DNA of 43,628 nt from a virus: the IMG/VR virus record IMGVR_UViG_3300025195_000001; one strand, written 5' to 3'. Numbering within the stretch: position 1 is the stretch's first letter; each line of letters starts with the position of its first letter. The notes under the pieces are model-generated. The model did not search any database. It was given only the letters and a program-made list of their open reading frames with translations, and was not told the origin of the DNA. The position numbers were made by a program, and so were the translations under genes. Positions 42,032 through 43,628 of the stretch are shown here, piece by piece.

Positions 42032-42132
42032 AGAAACCCACTTTCGTAAATAAAGACACTCAAGCGCTAAAAGAAACACTTCAAAAATTAGGAAAGCCAC
42101 TAATTAAAGAAGCGCTCAAAGGTCGTGATTAA
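42028..42132 (+). CDS. Putative 34-aa basic peptide
   Basis: Own translation: MKKPTFVNKDTQALKETLQKLGKPLIKEALKGRD. It ends 4 nt before a perfect hairpin that has a plus-strand T-rich tail. Confidence 0.25.
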   Translation: MKKPTFVNKDTQALKETLQKLGKPLIKEALKGRD

Positions 42133-42136
42133 GATG

Positions 42137-42158
42137 CAACCCGCATCGATGCGGGTTG
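42137..42158. terminator. Perfect 22-nt palindrome hairpin between convergent units
   Basis: caacccgcatcgatgcgggttg. On the plus strand it is followed by gttaattttt. The 31-nt block 42134..42164 recurs with 2 mismatches at 18332..18362. Confidence 0.65.
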
Positions 42159-42159
42159 G

Positions 42160-42465
42160 TTAATTTTTAGGCAAGTTATTTGGTCGCCTACCAAGCTCAG
42201 TCATTGCTTTTTCAAATAACTGGTTAAGATCTGTTTCAGAATTTCTACTTTCAAAAAAGATATTCAATTCCAAAGCGTGAACTATTTTTAGAATTACATC
42301 AAATTTTAACGGAAAATCTAAATCGAAAAATCTCTTTAAAGTCGAGCGATGCACACCTATTTTCTCAGCTAATTGTGAGCTGTTCATTTCTTTTTCTTTC
42401 ATTGCTTCTTGAAAGAAAAGAGCGAACACTTTCCAATGTTCGCTCGGTTGATTTTTGTTATTCAT
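42160..42465 (-). CDS. XRE-type HTH protein
   Basis: The HTH reads MNSSQLAEKIGVHRSTLKRFF. The ATG at 42465 (MNNKNQ) lies 1 nt after the upstream stop, and the longer track ORF (to 42531) overlaps that gene. Confidence 0.65.
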   Translation of the reverse strand: MNNKNQPSEHWKVFALFFQEAMKEKEMNSSQLAEKIGVHRSTLKRFFDLDFPLKFDVILKIVHALELNIFFESRNSETDLNQLFEKAMTELGRRPNNLPKN

Positions 42466-42466
42466 A

Positions 42467-42814
42467 TTATAAAGTATAATCGTTATCAGCTCCCCATTCT
42501 GCTGTATATTCCTCATTCCAAGATTTAGCAACTTCTAAGATTCTTTGTAAGTTATTTCTAAAACCTAAAAACTCGCCTCCAGTTACTCTTCTGTTACTTG
42601 TAACGCCGTGATCGCTTATTCTAACTTTCATCACTTCAGCAAAATCCTTATCTAAGAATTTAAAATAAAAGGTTTCGCCATTTGAATAACAAGAAGATGT
42701 TATAAAGTTGTGAATGTTATTTTCTTTTAAAATTTCAATAAAATCTAAAGCTTCTTTTTTAGTTTGAGTTGCTTTTTCTTTTAATCCCGAGTAATCTACT
42801 TTTTGAAATTTCAT
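42467..42814 (-). CDS. Hypothetical 115-aa protein, co-transcribed with the HTH gene
   Basis: The ORF is preceded by its own promoter-like motifs. No motif recognised in the protein. Confidence 0.55.
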   Translation of the reverse strand: MKFQKVDYSGLKEKATQTKKEALDFIEILKENNIHNFITSSCYSNGETFYFKFLDKDFAEVMKVRISDHGVTSNRRVTGGEFLGFRNNLQRILEVAKSWNEEYTAEWGADNDYTL

Positions 42815-42873
42815 AATGCTTTGCCGTATTGTGCTGTTGCCGCCAGCGTTTAAATTAGTAATTGTTTCTGTTA

Positions 42874-42906
42874 CAAATATAATACTTTGTTGCGTTCCTG
42901 CAACAA
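42874..42906 (-). promoter_or_regulatory. Promoter with an overlapping palindrome for the 115-aa/HTH pair
   Basis: The minus strand reads TTGTTGC-aggaac-GCAACAA (42906..42887), then 5 nt, then a perfect TATATTTG (42881..42874). The TTG-N19-TAnnTTTG spacing fits the Bacteroidetes consensus. Confidence 0.55.
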
Positions 42907-42961
42907 TTAAAATGTTAAAGTTTTAATTTTAAACAAAAAAATAGTGTCGAATTCGAAACCT

Positions 42962-43345
42962 TTAAAAACTCCCAAGCATAAAACCAAGACCAAAAGCACT
43001 CAGACCAATTAAAACATATTCCCACCATTTTGATTTTGGTTTAATCGCTTTCTCGGCTTCGTATTGCGTTTCGAGAATGTTATAATTTTCTTGGAGTAGA
43101 TTAAATTTCATTTGCTCGGTGTCGAGTGCTTCTTGCATTAAGCGTAGATGATCTTCAAGATTTGCATAGCCGGATTCTAACATCATCAACTTTTTGTTAA
43201 GTGTTAGGTTTTGCTGTTTGGTTACAATTGCATCTTTGGCCTGCTCAATCGTGATCTGGATAGTATCTTGAGAATAGCTGCTGAATGCTATCAGCATCAC
43301 GCATATTGCGAATAACTTTTTCATCTTGAGTTTGTTTTTTGTCAA
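42962..43345 (-). CDS. Lysis-accessory candidate: N-terminal signal/anchor, coiled coil and C-terminal TM helix
   Basis: The likely start is the ATG at 43324 (MKKLFAICVMLIAFSSYSQ). The C-terminus is WWEYVLIGLSAFGLGFMLGSF. It overlaps the upstream ORF by about 80 nt in another frame. Confidence 0.5.
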   Translation of the reverse strand: MTKNKLKMKKLFAICVMLIAFSSYSQDTIQITIEQAKDAIVTKQQNLTLNKKLMMLESGYANLEDHLRLMQEALDTEQMKFNLLQENYNILETQYEAEKAIKPKSKWWEYVLIGLSAFGLGFMLGSF

Positions 43346-43604
43346 GGATTGACAAGTTGTTTTTCAGACTTTCTTTTTCAGCTCTCAAAATTTCGATGCT
43401 GTCGAGTATCTTTACTTTCACTTCATCAAGGCTATCGATATTAATGAAGTTAGCTTCCTTCTTTTCTTCAAGCTGCTCATCTACGATTGATTTGCTTTTT
43501 TGTAATGCCTTGTTTTCAGTTTTGATCTGAAAGATATAAGCGATAGATCCGATCAATCCAAAAATCAAAACAAGTGCGAAAATTGATGTTTTGTCTATTT
43601 TCAT
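43245..43604 (-). CDS. Lysis-accessory candidate: N-terminal TM anchor plus coiled coil (i-spanin-like topology)
   Basis: 119 aa. MKIDKTSIFALVLIFGLIGSIAYIF is followed by a heptad-rich helical region. On the circular map its ATG lies 6 nt downstream of the endolysin stop. Confidence 0.5.
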   Translation of the reverse strand: MKIDKTSIFALVLIFGLIGSIAYIFQIKTENKALQKSKSIVDEQLEEKKEANFINIDSLDEVKVKILDSIEILRAEKESLKNNLSILDKKQTQDEKVIRNMRDADSIQQLFSRYYPDHD

Positions 43605-43628
43605 ATCTAACTATTTTCTGTTATCCCA
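43502..43628. repeat. Terminal direct repeat copy 2 (identical to 1..127)
   Basis: Base-by-base identity with 1..127. Confidence 0.95.

Noticed and set aside
41915-42100. Minus-strand 61-aa ORF in the gap before the tail module
   Set aside because: It has odd composition (Cys/Tyr/Phe-rich) and no start context like its neighbours. It overlaps the TGTCCTTTTTTAA motif and the better-structured plus-strand mini-ORFs with their terminator.
1-43628. Diversity-generating retroelement, retron or other RT-based system near the tail fibre genes
   Set aside because: No reverse-transcriptase-like ORF (no YxDD-type motif in any ORF of suitable size) and no template/variable repeat pair was found around the fibre or LRR genes.

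Overview
The window is one closed genome. Bases 1..127 are repeated exactly at 43502..43628, giving a unique length of 43,501 bp, and ORFs read through the junction. It is a temperate tailed phage with a long tape-measure protein and no recognisable sheath. The host is probably a Bacteroidota (Flavobacteriia-like) bacterium: there are no Shine-Dalgarno sequences, TAnnTTTG -7 promoter boxes are present, and the integrase, BACON-like repeats and secreted proteins look Bacteroidetes-type. The phage is in the excised attP configuration: the 3' half of a tRNA-Leu(UAA) gene sits just upstream of a tyrosine integrase, with phage DNA on both sides.

Almost all genes are on the minus strand.
- Late region, 16140 down to 10419: S49 prohead protease/scaffold, major capsid protein and others.
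- Plus-strand terminase cassette, 7406..10057.
- 7301 down to 110: probable portal, tail fibre, LRR protein, holin, M15 endolysin.
- Across the junction, 43604 down to 33351: two membrane/coiled-coil lysis-accessory ORFs, a small gene plus HTH moron, tail genes, tape measure, a BACON-like distal tail protein and a large tail protein.
- Early and lysogeny region, 16972..33354: SRAP (YedK-like) protein, an array of small genes separated by related non-coding cassettes, nucleoid-associated protein, ParB-like protein, a large wHTH protein, a LuxR-type regulator, a divergent cro-like/cI-like switch, a cI-linked TerB-like/BRCT protein, a secreted protein, attP and the integrase.

Points most worth a second look:
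1. A mosaic family of roughly 110-210-bp intergenic cassettes at 17.7-20.8 kb.
2. The cI-BRCT/TerB operon in the moron/defence position.
3. A self-promoted small-gene plus HTH cassette resembling acr-aca or toxin-antitoxin loci.
4. Three recurrent regulatory motifs: TGTCCTTTTTTAA before late genes, TAACGCTTAA before early genes, and a 43-bp GC-rich hairpin pair.
5. An exact copy of the operator inside the repressor gene.
6. An 830-bp non-coding hub with tandem repeats and candidate sRNAs.

No rRNA, complete tRNA, CRISPR array, transposase or reverse transcriptase was seen. All functional calls rest on motifs I could read in the translations. No database search was run.
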